A stretch of 64,000 bases of DNA from Bugula neritina (Eukaryota > Animalia > Bryozoa): positions 3,793,628-3,857,627 of the forward strand of contig OZ037771.1 of the NCBI GenBank assembly GCA_964035545.1. The letters are read 5' to 3'. The position numbers and the translations under genes were made by a program. The notes below the pieces were generated by a model, which made no database searches, was not told where the DNA came from, and saw nothing but the letters and a program-made list of their open reading frames with translations. Position 1 is the stretch's first letter; every line of letters begins with the position of its first letter. Positions 1 to 16,060 of the stretch are shown piece by piece.

Positions 1-3000
1 CTGTCTTAATCTCATAGCATTCCAACCTACAGGTAAGTGGAGTACAAATACTTCCAGCTCACCTGTTATTTGTGTTTACCTGTCCAACCTCCTACCAACA
101 ACAAAACTCCAGCTGCTGTCCTCTGTAGCTGCTACACAACTACTACTATCACACCTAGACACACCAGTGCTAGCGTGTCATGCAATAAACATGGAGCCAT
201 CCCAGCCAATTAGTACTAAAGTTTAGACATTTCTGAATAATATTTCATACATGGCAGATGCATCGTCATGGAAACATATAGTTTGTCTTTGCCCAGCCAG
301 TATAGCAATTATAATCTATCGCCTGTAGGATCATTAGCATTACGATGGTTTCCTAAACACTGATGGAAGTATGCTTGCACTGCAAGTGCCAGAACTAGTG
401 GGCATAAACTGACACCAAGTTTATAAACATGTTCCTCAGAGCGTGGAGCTCTCGTTCAGTGGATATAAACAAAAGACGGTTCTTAAAGAAAACATCTCTA
501 ATTTAGTGTGAAAATCTGTTACCAAACAGTTTATTAAGTGCTAAAAGTACAGTCTGAAATACTACATCATTTTATTAAACACTGGTACATTTTTCAGTTC
601 AATATTTAAAGAGTAGTTTAAATGCACTTTACTTATAGATAAAAAGGAAAATATTGAAATGAGAGGAGGAAAGCTAGAACTACCATCACACTTAGCAATA
701 AACTTTCTAAACAGCTAGAGTTATATTAAACTTAAAAGAATGCAACCAGCCCCCCAGAAAAATTGTTTCAATAGTTAGAAAATTTAGTTTCCGTACCACA
801 ACCTGTTCAGTCATATAAGCAAAATAATATATGGCATGCAGTACAAGATTTTGCCCAGTACATTTAAAATATAATCTATAAAAATATTAGAAACTTTAGG
901 CAATACAATTATTATAAACACATTCTAAATAACAATCATTGTTGAGAATGGCGACACAAAATTTGATTGAACATGTTGTGTATTACACAACATGTATAAA
1001 CTTTATAACTTAGTCTTTTTTTATAGAGTCTACAGCATAAACTGGGTACCATATAAATATTATGTAATGCTGGAATAAATAGCTCCCAAATTATTTTCTG
1101 CTTAAATTTTTATTTTTACAGTTATCAGCCTTCTTTCAACTTGCAGCTGTTTGTTATTGTTATAGCTTGTAAGTCATAGCTTATTAAGTAGCTGCCATAT
1201 TAATGTTTATTGTTTTCTAGTTCACTTTATTTTCTGCTCTTTTAATAAACACCTAGTTTGTTTGTAAAAATACTTTTCACTTTACTTGTGGTCTACTGAC
1301 AAAATAATTCTAACCTGTAAGTTATACGATACTTTAAAATTTCAGTAATCATTACAAAATTGCAAATTTAATAACTATTTCTATTTCAATAATTTTGATA
1401 CAGTAATATAACTGGGTCAACAGTGCTATAATAAATAACAAGGTGAGTATATAAAGATGAGTAGTTAAAAATGCTATGCATAAAGATAACCTGTCACACA
1501 CTTGTAAGGATGTAAGACTCGCTCAATAATGTCTCAAATAACATGCAAATCAGGAATGCTAATGCTAATGGAATATTCATATCATTATGTTATATTATTT
1601 TAGATGTTAGTAGTTGTGGCTGTCTAAATATAATAACAGCAGTGAAAAAGTAGTGTTTATTCACTACAACATGCAGTGTCAACACGTTACATGAACCGCC
1701 AGTTGCTAAACAATAACACAATTAACATATTATTCTAGAAAAATTCAGTTTATCAGAAAATATTCTACTGAAAAGTAGTCATAACTAGTAACTGCTGCTG
1801 GCTCTTTAAAAAGATAGCGTTAGGCTTAAACTCCAAAACTAATATTTTTGAAAAATAAATTGAACTATTTACTTAGTTTTTAAACTGCAGTATCTAAGGA
1901 TGATCACCTGAAAGACCAAATTTATTGAACAAATCAGCAAAATAACTTTGCATTTATATAATAGCAACTTCTCTACAGGAAATACCATGCAATGATTGTC
2001 ATTTTCTTATAATTATCCTAACTATATAGGGGGGGGGGGAGGGGGGAAGTTTCTGCTGAATTATTTTTTGGCACACAGCACTTGATGACTTATAGCTTAG
2101 TAGAACAATTACCTAACTAGATAGTGTCTCAATATTCAGAATTTAGTTAAAATAGCATAAAATTAGTTTAAATTGTAAAATAAAAAGTTTGAATTGTTGA
2201 AAGTTGAAAACTTAAGGCCAGAACTTGACATGTATAACCTCTGGTTTTCATGTGCAGTTGGTCATAGGATAGGATTATTAAGTTTATTCTGTCTATAAAT
2301 AGCATAGGTCTACACATTTTTGACATATACTGAAATTATATAATAGCATTTACTTTCGAGGTAGGTGCAGAAATGGAGAAATTGAAAAAAGCCTGTGTTT
2401 TAGATCAAAAATGTAGCAAAAGATGCTATGTTCTCACAAGAACTTTAACCAGCGCCCCAAACCAAATTTTACTAATAAAATTAAAGAACTTGGACTATCT
2501 CAATTTTTCCACTACTGCTCATAAATGCATAAGCTACTACTGCGTCTACCTGGGATAAGTATATAATATAGTTCAATATTGTTGCATAGAGATAGAGAGC
2601 ACATGCAGATTTATTACTAAACTCCCATTTAAAGCCATGGATATAGTATGCATGCTTTATTCACCTTTGGGACTATCATGTTCAGTGTATGCTTATCAAA
2701 TATCAAAACTGGCTGCACACACATTATAACGTGTAGATACTAAGAAACGTCAGGCCAAATGAAGTAGTTTAGGATCTACTAAAGTCAACTTGACCTGCAG
2801 CTAAAACTATGAGCGTAAAAGAAGTGATAACAAGCCTGGGGAGTTGTGGCACATGTCACAATATAAGCTGCATGTGTAGAGCTGCTGTGGCTTAAAAATC
2901 ACCATGTTTTAGTCTAAGAAAGCATAGCTGCAATAACACGCAGTGGGGGTGAAGCCTGGAATAGCACCTAATTTTGATCAACTTTATTCTACAAGTACAG

Positions 3001-4875
3001 AGCAGCTGCTCTAATCAACCAAACATAACAAGTTTGTAAATCCTGAGAGTGCAGACGCCAGCCTAGTGGACAGGCTACAAGCTACCCCAACAATCTGCTG
3101 CTATAATGACAAGATTTTCTCATTACAAGTCAAACACATTGAAGTTGATTCTAATTTAGAATAGCATTTTACTATATAACTGAACTTGAAAGTTGAGATG
3201 TGTACAGCAACTGCAAGGCATGTTTTCTACAGATTTTAGCAACTCGTCAGGACATGGGGACACTAAATAATCAGATTTAGAGGTTTTCACTTTATCTAAA
3301 ATGGACCTCCTTTCTATCAAAATTAAACTTTAGTCTTGAAGATTATTTTCATCATTATTTTACAATAAAATTATAACTTTAGTTTCCTTGTATTCTTTAG
3401 ACTTTGAGGGATGAAAACTCACCTTGCAGTGTGCCAGCTTAGAGATCTCCTAATTTTCCTCACTTTTTCCTTAATCCTCAGTGACATAATTCACACAGGT
3501 GTATTCTGATAACTGATGAGCACAAGATGGCCAGTGAAAGAGTCCAAATATATCCTTATAGACTGGAGTGAGAGTACATCGGAGTGAGTAAGTTCAGTAG
3601 AAATAATCCCTCAGTAAATTTACTAGGTAGATGTTACATAATATCTCTAAACAAATAAATTTTCAGCTTTTACATAATCTGTCCAATTAAAGTAGCCGTT
3701 TTCAGCCCGTGTAAGCAAATATTTCGTAGAGTGCAGAAGGCAAACACAGCATTGCTTGTAGTAGTGAAAAAGCAAGGGTCAATCACAGTGACTACCTACC
3801 CACTCCTAGTACGACTTCTTTCTACATTCACTAGATAAACATTGACAAAAAGACTATCAGCACTGACCACCTTACGCCATATAATAGCTTTGTGGAATGA
3901 AATCAGAAAATACAATAATGTTTCGTGCTAATAAAGTAATTGATCCCACAACAATGGCAGCTTTTTTACTCCTCACAATTTTCAATAGACTTAGTTTTTG
4001 TTTAGCTATACAATCAGTATTGGGATGAATGAATACAATAGATTCTTATACTTGGAATAGCGTAGATAGAAACTAGCGTACATTCCCTATTAAATGCTCT
4101 TTGAAATAAAATATGGGTTATTAGGTATAGATGAATAAAGTTGGGCTATACAATCACGTCATTGCACAGCTCCTAGTTGCAGTAGCCAATATCAGACCTA
4201 TTACAGTGCCCAAACAAATTCCTGTACACAAACTCCAGTGATCAATAAATCAATAGTAAATGCAAGAGATAGTTGCTAGTATGCTGAGTACATAGTCTTG
4301 TAATCTTTGTATATCATCCATTCCATTACTGTGGTATTATAATTGCAAGCACATTTCTCTCAATATATCGGGGAAAGAGAAGATAACTACCACTAAAACA
4401 AATTTATAGTGCTGAGCTCAGTGGCTGTATAATATACTTATAGTGTTGGCTCATAGCAATAAACTATAGGATGAAGTGAAATGCAAGGAAAAGCAATAAT
4501 GCTATTGAGGAAATTTAAGTGCAATACATGGTTCATGCAACTGTATACAATCATAATTATTTATTTCCTGTAGTGCAGTTGATGAGTAGACATCAATGCA
4601 GAAATGTACATATTTAATAGATATAAATACACGTATAAGCAAGGATCTCTAAATATATATGCTACATGCTGTATTGCAGAAGGAGAGCATAATATCCTCT
4701 CACTGTAACATTTTAGTGATAAATTACACTGAGCAAATATTTCATCTTTACTTCAGATGCTGTTTCTACTACACAAAACTTCCAAGTAACTGTGGCAATA
4801 TGACTACAACTTTATGTCAAATAATCATCCAAGGTAGTTTGTTTTAATAATTAAATTATATACTCTATCATATAG

Positions 4876-5168
4876 CAGGGGTGTCCAACCTTTTCAAGTT
4901 GAGGGCCACTGAAATGGAATATTTCGATGAGGGCCGCATTGTAAACTTTAGCTTGGGCTGGGGGGCCACAGCATCAGTAATTTTCAAATTACTTTATTCC
5001 TAATTCCCATGAATCATTGCACAGTAAAGTCCTAATAACTACTTGCAGGCTGCATGTATTATTGTATGCATATAAAAAAGATGTTTTGTGCATAGCAATT
5101 CATGTGCGCAAAATATTATTTGTTATGCCTTTGAGGGCCACATAAATGTAGGCTGTTGGACAGCACTG
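4876..5168. mobile_element. Non-autonomous hAT-type DNA transposon (MITE)
   Basis: Termini CAGGGGTGTCCAAC / GTTGGACAGCACTG form imperfect TIRs of the hAT/Charlie type. Flanking 8-mers TCATATAG (4868-4875) and TTATATAG (5169-5176) match 7/8, as expected of an 8-bp TSD. Internal GAGGGCC subterminal repeats; no ORF. Confidence 0.8.
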
Positions 5169-5176
5169 TTATATAG

Positions 5177-5241
5177 TGTGTACAGCAGACGATTTAGGGT
5201 TTGTCCCCTCATCAGCACAGAATCGAGATCCATGGCCAACC
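5177..5241 (-). mobile_element. Decayed Penelope-type hammerhead-containing repeat fragment
   Basis: Homologous to 20325-20390. The minus strand reads ctgtg-CTGATGA-ggggacaaaccc-TAAA-tcgtctgctg-TA-caca, with the GAAA core and stem III mutated. Confidence 0.6.
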
Positions 5242-5708
5242 CAAGGTAGTAACTCATGCCAAGTGAAAGCATCACCTAATAATTTACCAACTATACACAT
5301 GTAGCAACTTACTGGCATTACCCTAAATTTTCACTTGCATTAAAAATTAGAAATTCAATGCTTGGGCAACATTTTTCTCAAGATAAACTTGATATTAATT
5401 TGTATTAAGATGTTTCATGAGGAAAATGTGGGATTTTAAGATCACTAGAAAGTGAGATAACTCCCTACACACAGCATTGATTTACTAACTATGCTCTGGT
5501 TTGAAGGGTATTTTTATGTTGAACAAGCATTTGTTTTATTGCCATATACAAGTTGCTAATGCTAATCCTTAGAATATAGTTTCTAGAAAATAAATATGCA
5601 AATTACAAAATTAACAACAAAAAGTTGAGCTTGTGTTAGAATATGATCTTATTTATTCTCAGTATTAAAATGCACAGCATGTCAACAAAGCATGATTGAA
5701 TTCAGTAT

Positions 5709-8222
<2,514 letters not shown>

Positions 8223-8235
8223 GATGCTGATTTTA

Positions 8236-8245
8236 GAAAGGGAAG
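8236..8245 (-). promoter_or_regulatory. 5'TOP / TCT-type initiator of RPS3
   Basis: Minus strand CTTCCCTTTC begins ~23 nt upstream of the ATG, typical of ribosomal-protein transcription starts. Confidence 0.75.
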
Positions 8246-10410
8246 CAGTACTGCATGCTGGGAAATTTTGTATTTTCTTGTTCCAATTATGCGGGCGGCC
8301 TGAACTAGTCCCGTCTTATTGAGAATGCATTTTACCGAGTTTCCAACACTATATTTCCGGTAAATTTGCAATGCAGAAAAGCAGAGAAGCTGAAAACTTT
8401 GTTTTGGGTAACATAGTCACTATAAAAATCAATCATTTTACTGGCCATGTACCAATTAGAAACTTTAATTTTATACATACATACGTGTGAGGCTTGTAGT
8501 AGGTTTGCATTTTAAATAAATAAAAATTGCATAATTAGTAATACTAATACTAATACTGAAAGTGAAAGTGAATACCCTTACTCTTAGTCCTACTGACTTA
8601 GTCTTACACTTACAGTTACAGTTCATCACTTATAGTTATATTTATAGTTATACTTATAGTGACTTAATGTTATTCAGTAACATAAACATTAACTGTTAAG
8701 TGATTAACACTTTGACTTTAACAGTATGACTATGAGTATGACTGTATGAGTAATACTAATAGTAATACTAATTATAGTTGTTGAACTTGAAGCTTACACA
8801 TTAACATTTAAGATGCAGACTGAGACTACAATTTCAATTTGAGTTATTTTTAATTTAAATTTAATGCATAATTTAAATTATAACTTGACATTAGTTTAGC
8901 GATTTGAGCATTTTGAGAATCAGCAAAATATTGTCTCATATCATGCTTTCTCATTCTGTCTTGAAGTAGTTATGCGTATATTTCGTTATCTATCTCGAAG
9001 ATTAGACTACACTAATGACTAATGAATTCGTATCATGCTTCCTGTCTTGAAGTAGTTATGTGTATATTTTGTTGATTCATGTCATGATGAAAGTGTAGCT
9101 GTGCAGGTGCAACTCCTGCAAGGACCTTACAAGTCCTTATTTCATCATTTCATGTTGTTGTTTTAATGGAGAATATTTGGAATCTGTCATTAGTTCAGCT
9201 AGTTCACTTTTTTCACTCAGCTAGTTCTCCAAATTTTCTTCCTGAAGTTCCTCACTAAACCCATGGTAACTTTTTCTCACTTAAGAAAAAAAAGTATATT
9301 TTTTAACTACCAAGTCCAATGCATTTTTTTCAAATAAGGTTTATCAGGGAAACTTTCTTGATATTGATATTGATCTTGATCGGGTTAAATCCCAAGACCT
9401 CTTGGAGAGAGTAATTGTGGTACCCTCGGATCTATCTAGGCTCAGAAATCCGTCACTATCTTCTCCGTACGGAGCTCCCGGAAACAGGAAACCCTGCAGG
9501 TACAGGCTGGAATCACATGATCTCTGCGTTGTATTTCAACAGATGAAGCCAATCAGTTTGCTGGTTTATAGGTGTAGGTTTGGCTGGAAAGATTTAAGTT
9601 TGGCTTGAATTTTAGCTGAAGTTGATGTTGGATTCTGCCAAGTATAGATCAAGAGCTTACTGTAATTAATAGAACTATTTGAGACTAAAGAGGAGATAAC
9701 TCTATACAAATGCATTATTGCACAAAAGTGGAGTTATTTCCCTACTGACTTATGTCCTGGGACATAGTTTTACTGCAGTTCAGTGGCACCGGCAGTTGTA
9801 GCTGACCTCATTTATTTTATTTACCATAACTGAGTCAAACTAGAAAAATCATGGCTAATTTAAATTTAAACTCCCACAAACACATCAATAAAGCATCTAT
9901 GCTCTACCTGAATTATCAGTATTTCAGCTGAAATCAACAATGAGTACAGCCTAGTAGCAATACTGTAAATGGTTTGCAATATCCGTGGGATAATTCACCT
10001 ATGCTGTCACAGCAATGATTTGCTATTTTTATATCTGGGTGGAATGTGTCAGAAGTCAATGTATGTTTATCTACTTTGCTGGCTATTGGGTATGTGGCTA
10101 TGGTAAGGGTGGGGTCATACATGCTACACCTCTGATGGCAGTGCTGATGCACCGAGGCTATCAATGTATACCATGTTTTAAGAGTATTTGTATATTTTAG
10201 ACAATATAACTCAAAACTTACTCTTATTCGAAATGGAGTTCCCATGAGAGCCTTTACAGTTATGGTATTTAACTACTGTTTATGTTGTGGGGCATGGCAT
10301 TGGGAATATGTTGTATTCTATATATGGAGATATTGCGTTCCTAGCAACAGTTTTTGTATATCATTTAACATATTTTGCTTGATACGGTAACACCAACTCA
10401 AGTATATAAA

Positions 10411-10620
10411 ACTCGCACGAGTTTATAGTCACCATCCTTGTGAGAAACTTCTTATAGAAAGGGTTTGTTGGAAAGGGATAAGGACTTATTAGGATGGGGC
10501 ACAGGAGTAATTATGACTGAATGCTCTGCCTAGCATTATCAATGACCTTTCCTAAAGATTGAATCCATGACCTCGGGTTTATTGGGCCAACACTCTAACC
10601 CCTAGACCATGGCTGCCCCC
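10411..10620 (-). mobile_element. tRNA-derived SINE, copy A
   Basis: Reverse complement is homologous to 21241-21452, 26899-27096 and 28131-28335. A-box TGGTCTAGGGGTTAGAG and B-box-like GATTCAATC. Confidence 0.75.
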
Positions 10621-11821
10621 TATCAACCCAAGTACGCCAGTATGTTATTAAAATCATTTGGCAGCACTTTTAGCAAATGTAAGCTTCTCTTTGTTAATAC
10701 ATTAGGCTTTGTATACAAGACCAAAGACGTTAGTTATTTTATATATGCATATTGTACTCCAAGCTAATTGTGGCACATATACTTCCATAGATATTGTTTT
10801 TATACTACATTATTCATGTAAACTTTCAGTTTTATTTCTATACCAACACTCGTTATTATACTTTTGTTAGCTAACCATATTACTGATATATTTATCAGCT
10901 AGAAACAAGCTGATAGAACACAGAGTCTAAACATTCTTTGCAAAATAAATGAGTTGCAGTTACTAATATCTCTAATTTTGTAATATTATCTTGCCAACTT
11001 GAATTTGCTGTAAACTAAGGCTATTAGCATTTCGATTATTAAACACCAATTACCTACATCAATAGATCATTTACAATGCCATTATAAATGGTTTCCATCA
11101 GATATTTAGTTTTTAAATCGTTATCAATTTTAATAACATTCTATCAGGCATGAAACGTTTATTTAAAAATTGATGAAAATATGCAGCAAATATGACTGCC
11201 ACATACATCTCATCTTTTCAAAATTGTTTACCAGTTTAATGCATTATAACATTATTGCTATAACTTAACATAACAAAAACAGTCACTTATCACTGCCATA
11301 ACACTCCACGTTTTAATCGCATCTTTATGGAAAACAATTTTCGCGGTGCAAATCCATTTATTCTTTTGGCATACATAACTTCAAGTATAATAGTTTATAA
11401 CCTAATTGTACTGCCATTACACAAAATTAATGTCTGGACAACTCATTGGGTGAATCTATATCAGTCAGCACAATGTAAATGACCCTTGACATGACCCCAA
11501 GGTCTTGTCATTAGTTTTGGAACTGAAACACTCCTATAAGTGTACAGCACATGCCCTTTCTCTCTTCATCATTCTAGAAGTCATCTGTATTACATGCTGG
11601 CAGTTTACCGGTAAAACTTCTGTTTTATTTCTGCAGATTTGCATTTCTCACCTGTTTGGTTTGATAAAACTATTTAAATATATTGTAAATAATTTCTCAG
11701 CTTTTCTCACTTTTATATTTTGTTTCTTAAAATATCAGCCATTTTCATTTTTGTTCATGTGACATTGATGTCTTTAGCAGCTACAACTTTACCTCTCAAA
11801 AACCACACATTAACTTGAGAG

Positions 11822-14800
11822 ATGCTGAGGATTATAGTCCCAGTGTTGTTACTAATAGGTACTGCATCTGCCCTTTTTACTGCATCAGAGGTAAGTCTGT
11901 ATTGCTTTATATGCTAATCCTACCTTATATCAAAATTGAGTTGGTGGGGAATATAAAATCAGCATTGGGGCACAGCTAGTTTACATACTCATATGTGACC
12001 TGTTTTTGCATGCAGTTACACCTTGAACACTTGTATATTACATATCATCAGTTTTAGTTAATATAACAAAAATTTAGTTGTATATATGGCTGTATTTTAC
12101 TCGGCATTATGCAGTTGGAGGTTGTGAAAAGATTATGCAATAATATTCTTGACCGGAAACCTGTTTTGATTGCGGGATTTGTACGACTCATATTCCACGA
12201 CTGTGTGGGCGGATGTAACGGGTGTGTGGACCTCAATGTGGCGGACTCGCATGGAGATCAGCCAAATGCAGGCAGGTTTATGCTACAAGATTACACGGAC
12301 TGCATATTATCACTACACCTATGATATGATATTATACTGTCGCTATACTTGTGATATGATTATATGTTGTATTTTCACCATATTTATAATATATGCTTTC
12401 TTTATACTTATAATATATATTTTCGTTACATCTACAATGTAATATATTATCACTATACATATGATATAGTGCATTATCATTACACATGTGACATAGTTTA
12501 TTATTATATTATAATTTGGGTATATAAAAATTATACTTGTAAGTAAAAGCTATAATGTTGATTGAGTTTATTCTTTCAAAAGCTTAATAACTAAAATTCA
12601 AAACATGAGTTGGGATAATAAAATAACTATAGCTTCTTTTTGCCGCGTTAAAGCTTGAATCAACATTGATTTGTCAAAATACGCAGATATTACAAATACG
12701 CATGTGCCACTTGTAATATATTAGTATGTGCAACTTATATGTGTTAAGTGTCAATACGCTATGATAATATTCTGCAACTCTGGTATTGTATGGTGAATTA
12801 GTTTATTTCATATTACGGCATGGTATGTAGTATTTGTTGCAGTATAATATTAATATAATTTATTATAATATGCCATGGTATATATTATAATACATTATGT
12901 TATGTTATTGTGCATTATTGTATAAAATTATAAACTTTTTAGACTTGTGCGTAGATAATTGCAATATTACGTGTATTAACGATACTAATCATTATCACTA
13001 AACTTTGTGGCATCATTCATATATTATGTGTACAAGTTAGTCCGTAAAATGGTGAATATCAAGAGGGAAAAACTCCCAACTCAATTTCCCTTTTCAGGTC
13101 TCGGTCCAAGTATTGCAGAGCTGAATAGAAACTATGTTGAGCTCCAGCAGACTGTTAACATCTCCAGGGCAGACTTCTGGGCTACCTGCTCTGTGGAGGC
13201 ATTAGAAAAGGCGAGATTTTTAGCTAGTAAGTTTTATTTTTATTCACAGTTTTCTTACCAGCTTCGATGTTTATCATTCTAATGTTATTGTAGTATGTGA
13301 TAGGAGCAGCGAGGGAATGTCTTAGTAGTATGTCACACAGATCTAAACACATTTATGATTGAACTTCATAAGTGTACATAAACATAGTAAATCATATATC
13401 CTGTTGCTGACCTGGAATGACTCTTACAGCAGGAGTAAAATAACAGCACAGATGCCAACACAGCTTTATTGTCCTGATTCACATGATTACCAAAACATTA
13501 CAATCACCAATTCGTCTTTTTTAATATTCAGAGATGTAACTACATACTCATAATATCCAAAGTTTGATAGGAAATTATTAGAACATGAAATTTGAATTTG
13601 ATTTAATTTCTAAAGTACAATACCTTTTGTTTGTAGCTAATGACACGTCAAAATCACTCAACATACCGATGTTATATGGACGTGGAGACTGCAGACCTAG
13701 ACTCACTGTTGTTAATACAGATCTCTTTCCAAACCCCCGCGCCGGTCTTACCAAGACACTCGAGTGGTGCCACAGCACTTTTAATTTTAATTCTACTTGG
13801 TGTGTTGCAATCTTAGGTAAGATAAATTAAATGTTAACATTCTTTGTTGTTTTTACTTTTAAACATGCCAACTAGTCAGTTGTGACTAAATTTTTCTTAA
13901 AATAAAACAAGCTTTAGAAATAAGACTCTGCATTCTATGTTGGTTTTGATGATAGACATTATAAATAAACAAACCTGTATTGTAGGTAGAAAGTTTCATG
14001 AAAAAATGGCTTCCACACCTGTCAAGTTTTTTGTGTTGATAGAAGAATAAATCACCATAGAGACTTTGTACTATAAAGAAAACTAAGCTATATTAGTTTT
14101 TTTTCTAATCATTTCTAGCATGTTTGCTGTGTTAGGTGCTCACACACTGGGACAGGCTAGACCTAGTGCTTCAGGATTCCGTGGGCCATGGGTTGCAGAT
14201 GCCCGTCATCTAAATAATGCTTACTTTCAGGATCTGCGAGATAAAAGATGGTTGCAAGTAAGAACAACCATCTCAACCAGAGTCTATGTTTTCGTTGAAA
14301 TAGAACAGTTACTTGGCTGCAGCTGTTTTTTTATTTCAATTATCTCAGATCTCAGTTTTTTTTCTGTATATCAACTCTTAATTTAACTTCGAGGAAAGTT
14401 TGCATTGTAAGTCATAATAATGAGATACTCCTTTAGAATTTCAAAAAATTTGAACTAATTTAGATAAATCGGAGGACGGTGACTGATCCAAGATGGCAGT
14501 TTGAAGCAGAAGGAACGTCAGTGTTTATGATGCTCAATGCAGACATGTGTCTGTATCGGGACATTCAGCCAGACTCTGCAGGACGGTGAGTGGATGTCGG
14601 TGTCTATCTGCTTGATATGTCTATCTGCTTGATATGTCTATCTGCTTGATATGTTTATCTGCTTGATATGTCTATCTGCTTGATATGTTTATCTGCTTGA
14701 TATGCTTATCTGCTTGATATGCTTATCTGCTTGATATGCTTATCTGCTTGATATGTTTATCTGCTTGATATAATTATCTGCTTGATATAATTATCTGCTT

Positions 14801-15498
14801 ATTATGCTTAGCTGCTTAATATGTCTATCTGTCTGCTTGATGTTATTGGGGTTTATGCAATCAGCATGTTGACATACTTGAACTGATTATGAGTTGTCTA
14901 TTTGCTGCTTTACAATTTCTCTGTCTCCATTAGAAAGACTTGTCTATAAGAAGGCTGTGCAACTAGACTGATCTTCTGCCATAAACAGTGCAAAAGTGAT
15001 TGAACAAAAGTTAAAAAGTTACATTTTTAATATTTTGCCAACTTATCAGTAACAGTTTTAAATTAATCTATCAAACTTGTGTAGTAAAAGTTTTACTGAA
15101 ACTAAGTACTTTATTGTACAGAGTTGTGTGCTCTTGCTATTAAAGTCAGTGTGTCTCCTCTTGCTTTGTAGGGTAGTTGATCCACTCGATACCACCCCAA
15201 AGAGCAGCACTGAAGATGATGTCATCGCCTTCGCTGATGACAATGAAGAGTGGATCCGAGTTTTTAAAGCAGTTTGTATTATTAAACCTATGAAATATAT
15301 TTCAAACTATACACTGTACAATTTAGAAATGAACATAATATCCGTCTTTTAATAGGTCATAGGTACATACCTGTAGCAATAATGAGATATATAATGCAAG
15401 AAATGAATCGTAATATACCTCTACTTTATATTCTGTAGGCTTTCAAGTCTATTATTGAAACTTTACCTGATGGAGCTGCACCTTTACAGTCTATATAA
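11822..15498 (+). CDS. Secreted non-animal heme peroxidase (APX-like/plant-type), paralog 1, 312 aa, no C-terminal tail
   Basis: Exons 11822-11890, 12115-12271, 13098-13226, 13637-13816, 14136-14257, 14464-14585, 15172-15271, 15439-15498 (939 nt). Signal peptide MLRIIVPVLLLIGTASA, distal RLIFHDC, PNAGL, SRADFW, YGRGDC, proximal GAHTLG, SGFRGPW, MLNAD. Intron 2 needs a GC donor. Confidence 0.92.
14602..14842. repeat. 17-bp minisatellite (TGTCTATCTGCTTGATA)n, ~13 copies, intron 6 of peroxidase 1
   Basis: Directly visible tandem array. Confidence 0.95.
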
Positions 15499-15947
15499 AT
15501 GCTACCATCTATCCTCTGATCTTACAAAACTAACCTGTGACCTAGCTCTGTGACCTAGCTCTGTGACCTTACATGATGACCTCGCCCGATGACCTCATTG
15601 CCAAGACCTCTGTCTGCTATTTAATTACAATTCCTTTTTTATCAACTTTGTTCATCTTTGAAGATTCTCTTTTGTTATTATTGTATTTTACTACTTGCAT
15701 GTGTGAATTCTTTTCCCCAACATTTCTTGAGTATAGACAATTACTTGCTAATACATTTTTGTGTTTACCAACAGTTGTAGCGCTAAATGCATATTCTTCT
15801 GGCCTCTTAGACCAATTTACTATATTATGTTATTTTACAGAAGTAATTGTTTTTTAAACTTGTTTCGATAATAAATACTCTGAAAATGCTTAGCATGAAA
15901 AACTCAACATACTTATAATGCTCTTTTTGCAAATTCAGCTAAAATAA

Positions 15948-16019
<72 letters not shown>

Positions 16020-16060
16020 GTATATATATAGTATATATATATATAGTATATATATATATA
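15948..16060. repeat. (TA)n microsatellite
   Basis: Directly visible. Confidence 0.95.

Noticed and set aside
3513-3546. CTGATGA...GAAA hammerhead-like core
   Set aside because: Stems I and II do not pair.
1-4850. Short ORFs and scattered splice-like motifs
   Set aside because: No recognisable protein motifs or consistent exon chain; probably UTR, intron or intergenic DNA.
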